From a virus, in the IMG/VR virus record IMGVR_UViG_3300009164_000064, positions 1 to 64,000 of that record: DNA of 64,000 bases; one strand, 5' to 3'. Position numbers and translations under genes: made by a program. Below the pieces are notes generated by a model, which saw only the letters and a program-made list of their open reading frames with translations, did not search any database and was not told where the DNA came from. This document shows, piece by piece, positions 38,264 through 48,277 of this stretch. The number at the start of each line of letters is the position of its first letter. Within the stretch, counting starts at the first letter, position 1.

Positions 38264-40186
38264 TTATATTATTCCTGTAACTTCGTCTAGTGAACCAGCA
38301 ATCATTAATGTACCATTACTGTATAATCTTCTTGCTAACCCACTATTTATAGGGTTTATAGTTACTTCATCAAAGGTTTTAGAATATGCAATCCCTGTAT
38401 TACTTATACTATATGCTGTTGATCCAGTTAATGTAATTTCGTCAAATGATCCAGATACAAGCAAAGTTCCGTTAGAGTACAATCTGGAAACTTTGGGAAT
38501 ATAGGTAAAAACAAACCCTGTGTTATTACCATAGTTTGCGTTGGTGTATGGAGAGGCTGTAAGCGCAAACACCGTAGAGGCTGGGCTGGCATTGAGATAG
38601 GAAATAAGGCAGTTATAAAGGTAGAGCGTTCCCGCTCCTACATATACAATATCTTGTGCAACACCAGTAACACCTGTTGTAAGCTGCTGACTAAAGCCTG
38701 AATCAGTATCGCTATAGATATTTTTAAGTTTATTAGCTTCTGAGCCAGTGCCTATGAATTTTATAGTCCCACGATCTGTCCCAACCGCCTTAATAGTAGT
38801 GCCAAATCCCTGAACTGTAAGCGTTTGAAGTTGCCCCGAATACAACTCAATGTTTGAGTAATCTGAGGGTGGCGTTGGTCCTTGTAGCCCCGCCTGATTA
38901 CTGTCATCGTAAAAAACATAGTTAATACTTCCGTATGTTAGTATCGAACCTGTTCCAAGTATGTTTAATGGCGCTCTATAATTTGCCCCTTCAGCGTTAA
39001 ACGCTTGTCTAACATCCCATTTAGCGGTAGCAGAATTACCATTAAGAACAAATGTGCCACCAGAGCCAAAATTTACTGTAGCTAGCGAATCAGTCTGCCA
39101 GCTATAAGTAAACAGTGGTGTACGGAGCATGAAACCGTTTAAATCCAACGTCATACCGGGCTGCAACTGAAAACCAGTGGCAGTGGATTTGAGTGTTAGC
39201 TCATTTGTCAATTTGTATGTGCTGGTACTTGATGCAAAAGATAGATTCAGATTTAGTGCGTCAGCCCACCCCCCACTTAGTTTCCTAGTGATATTGCTGT
39301 TGTTACTTAAATCCATCCTACCTGCTGGGACAGCATGTCCACCGATCTGCACATCGCCATAGCAAACAAGGTTCCCGCTAGAGCCGTAGTTTAATGCTCC
39401 GGTAAAATTAGGTGTATTAAAATTACCTACAGCGCCTGTGGTTATAGTTACAGTTCCGGCTCCGTTTAATGTTACTGGAACGGCATAAAAATTTTGAGAT
39501 GCGCTTATATTTATGGTACGGCCTGATATTGTTGATGGATTGGATAGGATGACTTGACCGTTATTTTGATTTGTCATCGTGCCTGTCCACGTTGATGCTG
39601 CTACAACAGTGCCACTTGCGGCGGAAACCGATATTGTACCGCTAGTACCAAAATCAATATTACCACCCGTCCATGTAGTTGTAGCGGCAGTAATATTAGA
39701 GGTATTGCATAGTAGCGTACCAGCCGTCAGTGTCAATGCGCCTGTTGTAGTCACATTGCTGCTTAATGATAAGTTAAGATCAGATAAGTTTAGAGTAATG
39801 CCGCATGTTAAACTTGATCCGCTGCTAAGCGTAGCCGTCCCTGTGGTAGCACCCGCAAAGTTCATAGCTCCTGTAGCTGTCCACGTTATACCCGATCCGA
39901 TAGATACCGTAGCGCCGCCAGTGAAAGTCCATGCGCTTGCTCCAGTAAATGTCAGAGTACCAGCAGAAGGGTTTGACATTGTAACACCAGCTAAAGCTGT
40001 CGCAACGCTTCTTGTTACTGTGTAAGATGCACCACTTCCCGCAGGATTGGAGTTGGCATCGAAGAAGACGAGATCGCTAGCGCCTGGTACTGAAGCACCG
40101 CCAGTACCCCCAGATGTATTCGCCCACTTAGTACCTACTGTTGCGTTCCACGTGTTGGTACCGCCTACCCAATAACGATCAGCCAT
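38264..40186 (-). CDS. beta-solenoid-like fibre/adhesin protein
   Basis: MADRYWVGG N-terminus, G/T/S-rich beta repeats, duplicated RLYSNGTL...G.(F/L)DE C-terminal motif. Confidence 0.72.
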   Translation of the reverse strand: MADRYWVGGTNTWNATVGTKWANTSGGTGGASVPGASDLVFFDANSNPAGSGASYTVTRSVATALAGVTMSNPSAGTLTFTGASAWTFTGGATVSIGSGITWTATGAMNFAGATTGTATLSSGSSLTCGITLNLSDLNLSLSSNVTTTGALTLTAGTLLCNTSNITAATTTWTGGNIDFGTSGTISVSAASGTVVAASTWTGTMTNQNNGQVILSNPSTISGRTINISASQNFYAVPVTLNGAGTVTITTGAVGNFNTPNFTGALNYGSSGNLVCYGDVQIGGHAVPAGRMDLSNNSNITRKLSGGWADALNLNLSFASSTSTYKLTNELTLKSTATGFQLQPGMTLDLNGFMLRTPLFTYSWQTDSLATVNFGSGGTFVLNGNSATAKWDVRQAFNAEGANYRAPLNILGTGSILTYGSINYVFYDDSNQAGLQGPTPPSDYSNIELYSGQLQTLTVQGFGTTIKAVGTDRGTIKFIGTGSEANKLKNIYSDTDSGFSQQLTTGVTGVAQDIVYVGAGTLYLYNCLISYLNASPASTVFALTASPYTNANYGNNTGFVFTYIPKVSRLYSNGTLLVSGSFDEITLTGSTAYSISNTGIAYSKTFDEVTINPINSGLARRLYSNGTLMIAGSLDEVTGII

Positions 40187-40496
40187 TGACTATTCCCAAC
40201 TCTGTTTTTTTATTGGCGATCCATTCATCGAACTTTTGTTGCTTCATAGCTTCAATTTCAGAGTCAGCCAACCCATGGTCTTCAGGGAGCCATAGCGTGA
40301 GTCCGTAAAGCCCATACTCAGTTGCAATTTCGGATGTAAACGGAAGCCATATCATTGATACAGCAATCCAATCAGAAAGCATCTGTTGCTTTATAGCTTC
40401 AATTTCAGAGTCAGACAACCCATGGTCTTCTGGTAATTGAATGATATCATGATATGGACCGTAGCGAGTTTCAAATTCAAAGTGAATGGTGATCAT
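40179..40496 (-). CDS. small protein with internal 49-aa tandem duplication
   Basis: LPEDHGL.DSEIEA.KQQ...WIA occurs twice; DNA 40237-40283 vs 40384-40430 identical at 45/47. Confidence 0.75.
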   Translation of the reverse strand: MITIHFEFETRYGPYHDIIQLPEDHGLSDSEIEAIKQQMLSDWIAVSMIWLPFTSEIATEYGLYGLTLWLPEDHGLADSEIEAMKQQKFDEWIANKKTELGIVNG

Positions 40497-40506
40497 AATT
40501 TATTCC

Positions 40507-40989
40507 TCAACCAAACACAGTATCTAGACTGTTTGTTGTTGCATTATAATATTCATAAACTACACTTATATTAGTTGAATTTGAAAAACCAACACGACCA
40601 CCAACATAAATGTTGTTTGAAACACCAACACCACCAGTGACAGTAATAGCACCAGTTACAGCATTACCAGATGGTGTTTGATTTGTGAATGAATGTGTAT
40701 TGGTCCATACAAATGATGCTGCTGCATTAACGCCACTACCACTTGCGCTTACAGAACCCCAAAATACACCAGTACCATTTGATGTTAGGACAAGTCCATT
40801 AGCACCTAATGAGTTGTTAGCGTAGATACCACCATAAAAGAATGAATTTCCATTATGAACAGTATTGCCAGAAATTAACACAGAATTACTAAATGTAGTG
40901 TTACCAGCAATTATACCAGCACCATTAGCAAACTCAATATTAGGCGTGATTATGCCACTTTTAACTATAAACTTTTTATCGTTTGCCAC
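40507..40989 (-). CDS. short fibre-like virion protein
   Basis: MANDKKFIVK N-terminus shared with the 774-aa fibre; GGIYANNSLGANGLVLTSNG module shared with the 1563-aa fibre. Confidence 0.78.
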   Translation of the reverse strand: MANDKKFIVKSGIITPNIEFANGAGIIAGNTTFSNSVLISGNTVHNGNSFFYGGIYANNSLGANGLVLTSNGTGVFWGSVSASGSGVNAAASFVWTNTHSFTNQTPSGNAVTGAITVTGGVGVSNNIYVGGRVGFSNSTNISVVYEYYNATTNSLDTVFG

Positions 40990-41030
40990 TGATTCACTTT
41001 CCTCTAGTTGGCGATGTTATTATATATGAT

Positions 41031-43355
41031 TTAAATCAAGAATAGTTGCTCAGATACTCTAAATGCGATAGTGTTGGCTGAAGAAGGAGTTGCAAGAATT
41101 CTTACACTATTACTTACAATATCTACTTCATATGTAGCTAATACCGTTGGACCTGTGAAAAGCATACCGTACTCAATTGCTGAAGCAACACTATTATCAT
41201 GAGCAACTAAAAGTTCAGTTACATGACGGCGAGTGGTTGATGTTTCAGTTGCCTGAATGTAAATCTTCGCACTACCATATGTATTAGCACTGAATTCAGA
41301 AATTTGAACCTGAGCAATAGCAGATGCGGTATTTGAATCACCAGATAAATGAACAATATTTTTTACTGAGATGTAGTTGGTTGCGTTAGCAATTGCAAAT
41401 GATGCGTTTGTGAAGGCACCAGTATTAGCAGTTACACTACCAATAGGAAGTGGAGCTTGCCATGTTGCACCTTGCAGAGCAAGTGTATTAGCAGATGTTG
41501 TTGCAAAGGCAGCATTAGCTACTGATAGCTGGCTTTCCTGCTTACCATATGCATATAGTGCGTTGTTGGCAGTTGTAGCAAACACAGCATTTGCAACGTA
41601 AAGCTGACCTTCTTGCTTACCATTTAGATAGGTAGAATTGTTAGCATTCGCAACAGTACCAGAGACGTTGTTAGCATTAGTCCAGTAGATCGCTGTTCCG
41701 TTTGATGCTAGAACTTGACCAGCAGTACCAGCACTACTATTGGCAATAAGACCAGCATTAAATACTGCATTGGCATTAAATGTAGCAACACCAGATGTGA
41801 TCAGTGTTGTAAACGCACCAGTGTTAGCGGTTACGGTACCAATAGGAAGTGGAGCTTGCCATGTTGCGCCCTGAAGAGCAGCAGAGTTGGCGGTATTTGC
41901 TACTGATAGCTGACTTTCTTGCTTACCGTTTAATCTTAGCGCATTATTTGCATCTGTAGCAAATACGGCATTCGCAACATAAAGCTGACTTTCCTGCTTA
42001 CCATTTAAACGTAGAGCATTGTTGGCATCAGTAGCAAAGACAGCATTAGCAACATACAACTGGCTTTCTTGCTTTCCGTTTAGACGGAGAGCATTATTTG
42101 CATCTGTAGCAAATACAGCGTTGGCAACGTAAAGCTGACTTTCTTGCTTACCATTCAAACGCAGAGCGTTGTTAGCTGTACCACTATAATTGTTAGCGTC
42201 AATAGTTCCTACATAGCTTGCGGCATTACCAAGTCTTAGAGTATTAACAGATAGATTAGCATATGAAAGTGATGCATCAGTTGTAATAATAATATTATTA
42301 TTTACAGAGGCTTCGTCCCCATATGTTGAAATGAGGATATATTCTTTATTTGTTGGGTTTCTGACTAGACCTGTGTGGTTGTTTGTATTGCCAGAGCCGT
42401 TATAATGTGCTAGAAAACCAGTCCATAGAGTATCAGATACAGTATTATTTACAGCAAGCTTAATAATTGGATCGATGACACTAAGTGTCTGGATGTTTGA
42501 AGAAACAAGGTTTCCAGTTAGAATTAGGTTTCCAGCAATACTAATATTACCAGTGAACGTACCATTTGCAAAGGTCACATCATCTGTTGTACGAACATTT
42601 TGGTTCATACGGAAAGGCAGACGAGGTTCTGCTAATGTGCCAGTTGAGATATTTGTGGCATTAGTATAGAATTGGCTATTTGCACCATTTAAATATAGTG
42701 CGTTGTTTGCAGTATCAGCAAACGTAGCATTAGCAACGAAGCTGCCAGCAACACTACCAGCAACTGTTGCATAAACAGCGTTAGCAACATATAGTTGACT
42801 TTCTTGCTTACCATTCAAACGAAGAGCATTGTTTGCAGTATCGGCAAAGACCGCATTCGCACCATTGGTTGAATATGCAGCATTGGCTACTGATAGCTGA
42901 GATTCTTGCTTACCATTAAGACGCAGAGCATTATTGGCATCAGTAGCAAAGACAGCATTGGCAACATAAAGCTGAGATTCTTGCTTACCGTTTAGTCGTA
43001 ATGAGTTATTGGCTGTTGTGGCAAATACGGCATTGGCAACATAGAGTTGGCTCTCTTGTTTACCATAAACAAATGATGCGTTATTAGCAGTGGCTTCATA
43101 GAATGTTGAATTGATCATGACACTAGAAGTGCCAAAGGCAATATCACCATTGACAGTCAATACACTAGAAGTACCAGCTACCGCCGAATCATTGATAGTG
43201 ATCAACGTACCAAAGGCAGTATTACCGACTATCTTAAGTGTACCATCAGTGCCGTAGTTAAAGTCTAATACAGCAGTCGTGTTGCTACCGTTAGCAAACC
43301 TAACTGTAGGTGCGCTAAGGCCATTCTTAACTATAAATCTTTTATCATTTGCCAT
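41031..43355 (-). CDS. repeat-rich fibre-like virion protein
   Basis: ~10 GKQESQL-type repeats; central and C-terminal domains paralogous to the 1080-aa neighbour. Confidence 0.85.
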   Translation of the reverse strand: MANDKRFIVKNGLSAPTVRFANGSNTTAVLDFNYGTDGTLKIVGNTAFGTLITINDSAVAGTSSVLTVNGDIAFGTSSVMINSTFYEATANNASFVYGKQESQLYVANAVFATTANNSLRLNGKQESQLYVANAVFATDANNALRLNGKQESQLSVANAAYSTNGANAVFADTANNALRLNGKQESQLYVANAVYATVAGSVAGSFVANATFADTANNALYLNGANSQFYTNATNISTGTLAEPRLPFRMNQNVRTTDDVTFANGTFTGNISIAGNLILTGNLVSSNIQTLSVIDPIIKLAVNNTVSDTLWTGFLAHYNGSGNTNNHTGLVRNPTNKEYILISTYGDEASVNNNIIITTDASLSYANLSVNTLRLGNAASYVGTIDANNYSGTANNALRLNGKQESQLYVANAVFATDANNALRLNGKQESQLYVANAVFATDANNALRLNGKQESQLYVANAVFATDANNALRLNGKQESQLSVANTANSAALQGATWQAPLPIGTVTANTGAFTTLITSGVATFNANAVFNAGLIANSSAGTAGQVLASNGTAIYWTNANNVSGTVANANNSTYLNGKQEGQLYVANAVFATTANNALYAYGKQESQLSVANAAFATTSANTLALQGATWQAPLPIGSVTANTGAFTNASFAIANATNYISVKNIVHLSGDSNTASAIAQVQISEFSANTYGSAKIYIQATETSTTRRHVTELLVAHDNSVASAIEYGMLFTGPTVLATYEVDIVSNSVRILATPSSANTIAFRVSEQLFLI
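41911..42180 (-). repeat. 75-bp period tandem repeat encoding ANNALRLNGKQESQLYVANAVFATD
   Basis: Equivalent positions at 41911, 41986, 42061, 42136; peptide conserved, codons divergent. Confidence 0.85.
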
Positions 43356-43397
43356 TTGCCAATTGTCCCTTTAGGAAAGTTAGTTTGTTTTCTTGTT

Positions 43398-43405
43398 TAT
43401 TTATA
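43398..43405 (-). promoter_or_regulatory. late promoter (TATAAATA)
   Basis: Exact consensus upstream of the 774-aa fibre gene. Confidence 0.78.
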
Positions 43406-43411
43406 CGATCA

Positions 43412-46400
43412 TCATGCTAGAAACAGGTTCTGTATGATTTTAAATGTTGTTGTGTTTGATGAAACTGGAGTTGCAAGAATTCTGACATTACCCGAAAGAA
43501 TATCAATATTAAATGTTGCTAGTGCAGTGTTTCCTGTTTGTATGACACCATATTCAGTAGCAACAACATTCGTTCCATCATGAGATAAAAGTATTTCGCT
43601 AATATGTCTGAAATTGTTATGAGTGTCTGTTACTTCGATGATCAACTTACCACCAGTATATGTGCCAGTAGAAAACTCTATAATATTTGCAGGTGTCATA
43701 CCCGATACAGTGATCTTACCAAGGCCCATCATGTGAGCAACACTAGCAAAAGCAATGTGTGAAGTTACATTAGCGTAAACAAACTTACCCGTATTAGCAG
43801 TTATTGCGCCAATAGCAGCAGGGGATTCCCATGTATATCCTTGCAAATAGCTTGCATTGTTTGATGCAGATGTATACAGCGATGAGTTAACATTTAACTG
43901 GTTTTCATTTTTACCAAATGCACGATAAGAATTGTTTGATGTTGCCGCAAAATATGTTGAATTAATAACCGTAGTATTGCCTAAAAAGATATAATCATTT
44001 GCAACAATATTTGTTTTTACATATAAAGTATTTGCTTGAAGAGCAACAAACTTACCATCATTTGGTGTTGTATTACCAATTGATGCTGGTTCTTCCCAAG
44101 TCTTAAACTGTAAAGATAATGCATTATTTGAACTTACTGAACTTGATAGTAATGTAAAATATGCTGTATTAACGTATAGACCTGAGCTATTAGCAACAAG
44201 ACCGTCTTTGGCATTAACTGCAACATCATCAGTATTTACAGAAATACCAGCACCAGCACCAACATAAAGAATTCCGCTATCAGTGAAAGGACCACCGACC
44301 AAACCAGAACCACCATCAACACTTGTTACTGTACCAACAAATTGATCTTGAGTATCAATGACAACGTATGATGAATTTGAGAATACTTTAGCAGTACCAT
44401 TACCAACTAATACAACATCATTGTTGACGTTGTTTGCATTGTATAGACGCATAACACCGACTGTGGTATTAGCCACAGATTGATAATAATAAATTGCACC
44501 TTGATCTTGTTTCCAGTATATTCCACCAGAACCATTTGAAGCTAGAACTTGATCAGTGGAACCAAATGTTCCATTAGCCTTAACACCACCATTGATGATG
44601 ATATCTTGGAATGTCCATGTGTTCGATACAGAGACTGAGCTTGAAGTATTAACACTGCCTTGTGGTAATACATTCCAAGGAAGTGTACCAGTGCTGATGT
44701 TTGTCGCATTGGTAAAATATGATGAAGTTAATCCATTCAGATAGTTTGTATTATTAGAAAATAATGAACTATTTGATGTATTTGAATATGAAACAGAGAG
44801 TTGGCTTTCTTGCTTACCATTAAGATAAAGAGAATTATTAGCTGTTGTTGAAAAGACTGCGTTAGCAACAGATAGTTGACTTTCTTGTTTTCCATAAACG
44901 TAGGTTGCATTGTTTGCTGTACCAGAATATGATCCAACACCAATAGTTGAAAATACAGTACCATTACCAAGCTTGATACTATTGACTGCTAGGTTAGCAT
45001 ATGTAAATGATGGATCAGTAATAACAATAATATTATTATTGACAGAAGCTTCATCAGCATATGTTGACATAAGAATATATTCTTTTGTCGATGGATTTCT
45101 AACAAGACCAGTATGGTTATTTGTATAACCAGAGCCACTATAGTGAGTTACAAAACCACTCCATAGAGTATCAGCACTATTATTAGCACCCAATTTAATC
45201 ATTGGGTCAAGGACGCTCAATGATTGTACGTTTGTTGAGTATAGGTTTCCAGAAAGAATTAAATCACCACCAACAGTAATATTGCCAGTGAATGAACCAT
45301 TTGCAAATGTTACACTATCAGTTGTGCGAAGGTTCTGATCCATTCTAAATGGTAGACGAGCTTCTGCTAGTGTACCAGTTGAGATGTTATTTGCATTTGT
45401 ATAGTATGCTGAGTTAAACCCACCAAGATACTGAGCAGTGTTCGCATTAAGTGCGCTCTCTGCCTTACCATTAAGATAATTTGCTACGTTTGCATATAGT
45501 GCCGAATTAGCAGCAAGAGCACTTTCAGCTTTACCATTAAGATAATTGGCTACATTCGCATAAAGAGCAGAGTTAGCTGCCAGTGCGCTCTCTGCCTTAC
45601 CATTAAGATAGTTAGCAATATTTGCATATAGCGCCGAATTAGCAGTATAAGCAAATTGAGCATTTGTTGCATAAGTTGCTGAGTTAGCTGCTAGTGCGCT
45701 CTCTGCCTTACCATTAAGATAATTAGCAACATTGGCCGTGTATGAAAACTGAGCATTCGTTGCATAGGTAGCTGAGTTAGCATTTAGTGAAGTCTCTGAT
45801 TTACCACCATACGAATATAGAGCCGCATTAGCAATCCCTGCATATGTCGCATAGTTTGCATAGAGAGCAGAGTTTGTGCTAAGAGCACTTGGGGCAACAC
45901 CGTTTAGATAATTAGCACTATTTGCAGTGTAAGCAAACTGAGCGTTGGTTGCATATGTTGCACTATTGGCATTAAGAGAGGTTTCAGACTTACCGCCATA
46001 TGAGTACAAGGCAGCATTTGCAATACCAGCATATGTCGCATAGTTAGCGTAAAGAGCAGAGTTGGCTGCTAACGCACTCTCTGCCTTACCATTAAGATAG
46101 TTGGCGACATTGGCCGTATAGGCAAATTGTGCATTCGTTGCATAGGTAGCTGAGTTGGCATTCAGAGATGTTTCTGCTTTACCATTATATGCATACAGTG
46201 CAGTATTAGCGATCCCTGCATATGTTGCGTAATTGGCATACAAAGAAGAGTTTGCAGCTAGTGCGCTCTCTGCCTTACCATTAAGATATTTGGCGACATT
46301 AGCAGTGTAAGCAAACTGAGCATTGGTAGAATATGTTGCTGAGTTTGCATTAAGAGCAGTTTCTGCTTTACCATTATATGCATATAAAGCAGTGTTGGCA

Positions 46401-46654
46401 ATGTTTGCATAATTTGCCTGATTGGCATAGAGCGCCGAATTGGCATTAAGTGATGATTCAGATTTCCCATTAAAAGCATAAAGTGCGTTATTGGCTGTAC
46501 CAGTAAAGAACGAGGAATTGACCTTACCGCCACCAATAGACACAGTGTTACTAACACTAATGTTGTTAGCATTCACGTCAAGGTTAGCGTTTACAAATGT
46601 ATTGTTGCCGACCTGAAGGCCGTCTTTTACTTTAAAGGTCATTCCTCGTCCCAA
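43412..46654 (-). CDS. repeat-rich fibre-like virion protein
   Basis: ~12 GKAESAL/GKSETSL-type repeats plus GKQESQL repeats; start uncertain (TTG 46654 or the following ATG, MTFKVKDG). Confidence 0.85.
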   Translation of the reverse strand: MGRGMTFKVKDGLQVGNNTFVNANLDVNANNISVSNTVSIGGGKVNSSFFTGTANNALYAFNGKSESSLNANSALYANQANYANIANTALYAYNGKAETALNANSATYSTNAQFAYTANVAKYLNGKAESALAANSSLYANYATYAGIANTALYAYNGKAETSLNANSATYATNAQFAYTANVANYLNGKAESALAANSALYANYATYAGIANAALYSYGGKSETSLNANSATYATNAQFAYTANSANYLNGVAPSALSTNSALYANYATYAGIANAALYSYGGKSETSLNANSATYATNAQFSYTANVANYLNGKAESALAANSATYATNAQFAYTANSALYANIANYLNGKAESALAANSALYANVANYLNGKAESALAANSALYANVANYLNGKAESALNANTAQYLGGFNSAYYTNANNISTGTLAEARLPFRMDQNLRTTDSVTFANGSFTGNITVGGDLILSGNLYSTNVQSLSVLDPMIKLGANNSADTLWSGFVTHYSGSGYTNNHTGLVRNPSTKEYILMSTYADEASVNNNIIVITDPSFTYANLAVNSIKLGNGTVFSTIGVGSYSGTANNATYVYGKQESQLSVANAVFSTTANNSLYLNGKQESQLSVSYSNTSNSSLFSNNTNYLNGLTSSYFTNATNISTGTLPWNVLPQGSVNTSSSVSVSNTWTFQDIIINGGVKANGTFGSTDQVLASNGSGGIYWKQDQGAIYYYQSVANTTVGVMRLYNANNVNNDVVLVGNGTAKVFSNSSYVVIDTQDQFVGTVTSVDGGSGLVGGPFTDSGILYVGAGAGISVNTDDVAVNAKDGLVANSSGLYVNTAYFTLLSSSVSSNNALSLQFKTWEEPASIGNTTPNDGKFVALQANTLYVKTNIVANDYIFLGNTTVINSTYFAATSNNSYRAFGKNENQLNVNSSLYTSASNNASYLQGYTWESPAAIGAITANTGKFVYANVTSHIAFASVAHMMGLGKITVSGMTPANIIEFSTGTYTGGKLIIEVTDTHNNFRHISEILLSHDGTNVVATEYGVIQTGNTALATFNIDILSGNVRILATPVSSNTTTFKIIQNLFLA

Positions 46655-46689
46655 TTAATCAGAGGTTGATTTTATGTTATTATTATTTA

Positions 46690-47856
46690 TTATATCATTC
46701 TTCTGAACTTATAGGAATAATTGTTTGATGCTCTATTAGAAGTAGCAGCTATCTGAAGCACCATGTCAATATCAACATTTGCGCTTCTATAAATTCTCAA
46801 AAACAAAGTACCAGAAACATCTGGTGTGGCACGATGAAGAAGAATTTCATCACCCGTTTGATTATTAGTGTTGTTTGGATACCAAGACATTACACCAGTG
46901 ACAATCTCGTTGAGTGGAGACACCATCTGAAGCATATAGGAACCAATTGGAAGTATAACTGAATTAATACCAGTATCTGTCCATTCTGTGGTGACTGCAC
47001 GTGTGTCTGTGACAGTCAGAATTTGATCAATATTGGTCCCCTGAGTAGGGATCAGACCACTATGTTGAATTGTGGTGAATACCGCTGTATTTGGTGTTGT
47101 TGTACCGATTGCACCAGGGTTAGCCCAACCGCCACCACCAACAAGGTATAAGGCTGAGTTGGCATTGATCTGACTTTCTTGCTTACCATAAGCATAGGTA
47201 CTGTTATTAGACGCAATCGCACTAGAAGCAATCGTTGCATAATATGCACTATTAACATTAAGATTACCAGCACCAACGCCGCCCAATAAAAGAGCATATG
47301 TGGCCACATTAGCATATAGGGCAGTGTTTGCATCAAGTGCGCTCTCTGCTTTACCATTTAGATAGTTAGCAATGTTGGCATATGTAGCAGAATTTGCACT
47401 AAGAGTTGCAATATAATTTGTGTTGACTGTGAGAGTTACAACACCAGTAGAACCACCACCAGAAAGACCATCACCAGCAATAACGCCATTGATTGTGCCA
47501 GAGCCTAGTGATGACCAGTAAACTGATGAGCCGTTTGATGTTAGAACTCTACCATTAGCACCAAGACTACCATTGGCACTGATCTTGTTAGTAAATAAAG
47601 TATTTGATACAGTTAGATTGGTGAGGTTGGTAAGAGGACGAATTTCATAGAGTTGGTTGTTCGCATTGTAGATGATCATTGCGCCATCTACAAGGCTTAC
47701 AGCATTTACATTTGGAATATCAGTGAGACTACGAAATTCATAAATCTGATTTCTAACTGTAATTGGGTCAGTAACAGTTAACTTACCGTCAAACTTTTTT
47801 ACGGTAACGTCGAAATTTGATTTAGATAACGTAACTCTGATATCTTTTAATTCCAT
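46690..47856 (-). CDS. fibre-like virion protein
   Basis: Shares ANGSLGANG.VLTSNG, GKAESAL, GKQESQ and W..P.AIG modules with neighbours. Confidence 0.8.
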   Translation of the reverse strand: MELKDIRVTLSKSNFDVTVKKFDGKLTVTDPITVRNQIYEFRSLTDIPNVNAVSLVDGAMIIYNANNQLYEIRPLTNLTNLTVSNTLFTNKISANGSLGANGRVLTSNGSSVYWSSLGSGTINGVIAGDGLSGGGSTGVVTLTVNTNYIATLSANSATYANIANYLNGKAESALDANTALYANVATYALLLGGVGAGNLNVNSAYYATIASSAIASNNSTYAYGKQESQINANSALYLVGGGGWANPGAIGTTTPNTAVFTTIQHSGLIPTQGTNIDQILTVTDTRAVTTEWTDTGINSVILPIGSYMLQMVSPLNEIVTGVMSWYPNNTNNQTGDEILLHRATPDVSGTLFLRIYRSANVDIDMVLQIAATSNRASNNYSYKFRRMI

Positions 47857-48185
47857 TACCTAGTTACCTGTGGTGTTACGGTTACGATCCCCTCAACAAT
47901 TCTAAGCTTTGTGTTAGAACTTGAAGTCAATTCACAATCATAAACATATCGACCAGGTGAGATATAATTTGAGGTATTTGCTGACATTGATAGAGTGACT
48001 TCACCAGTGTTTGCAGTAATGAGAACACCAAACGAATATGAAGTTAGTGATGTGTAATGCTTACGCATCTGTGCAGCCCCTGTGAAGCCTGTTAAGGCAA
48101 CCGGAGAATTATTTGCGTCCTTGACATTGACAGTAACTTCGTAGTCGCTTCCTTGATCAATTACGATGTTTGTTTTAATGGCCAT
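47856..48185 (-). CDS. small virion structural protein (Ig-like adaptor)
   Basis: NIVIDQGSDY...AQMRKHY...GRYVYD...RIVEGIVTVTPQVTR pattern common in T4-like structural regions. Confidence 0.75.
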   Translation of the reverse strand: MAIKTNIVIDQGSDYEVTVNVKDANNSPVALTGFTGAAQMRKHYTSLTSYSFGVLITANTGEVTLSMSANTSNYISPGRYVYDCELTSSSNTKLRIVEGIVTVTPQVTR

Positions 48186-48218
48186 TCGATTACTCTTCGT
48201 CTAATAGGGTGTCTTTAG

Positions 48219-48226
48219 TATTTATC
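48219..48226 (-). promoter_or_regulatory. late promoter variant (GATAAATA)
   Basis: NATAAATA upstream of the 109-aa structural gene. Confidence 0.6.
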
Positions 48227-48228
48227 TA

Positions 48229-48257
48229 TTGACAACCACAGCGAATCTCGTTATAAT
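48229..48257 (+). promoter_or_regulatory. consensus sigma70 promoter oriented antisense to the heme oxygenase gene
   Basis: TTGACA-17 nt-TATAAT, exact consensus; no credible plus-strand ORF downstream. Confidence 0.72.
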
Positions 48258-48277
48258 CGATATGTCGTAATTAAATA

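Noticed and set aside
41911-46500. CRISPR-like array
   Set aside because: Repeats are degenerate at third codon positions, lack unique spacers and lie within long ORFs
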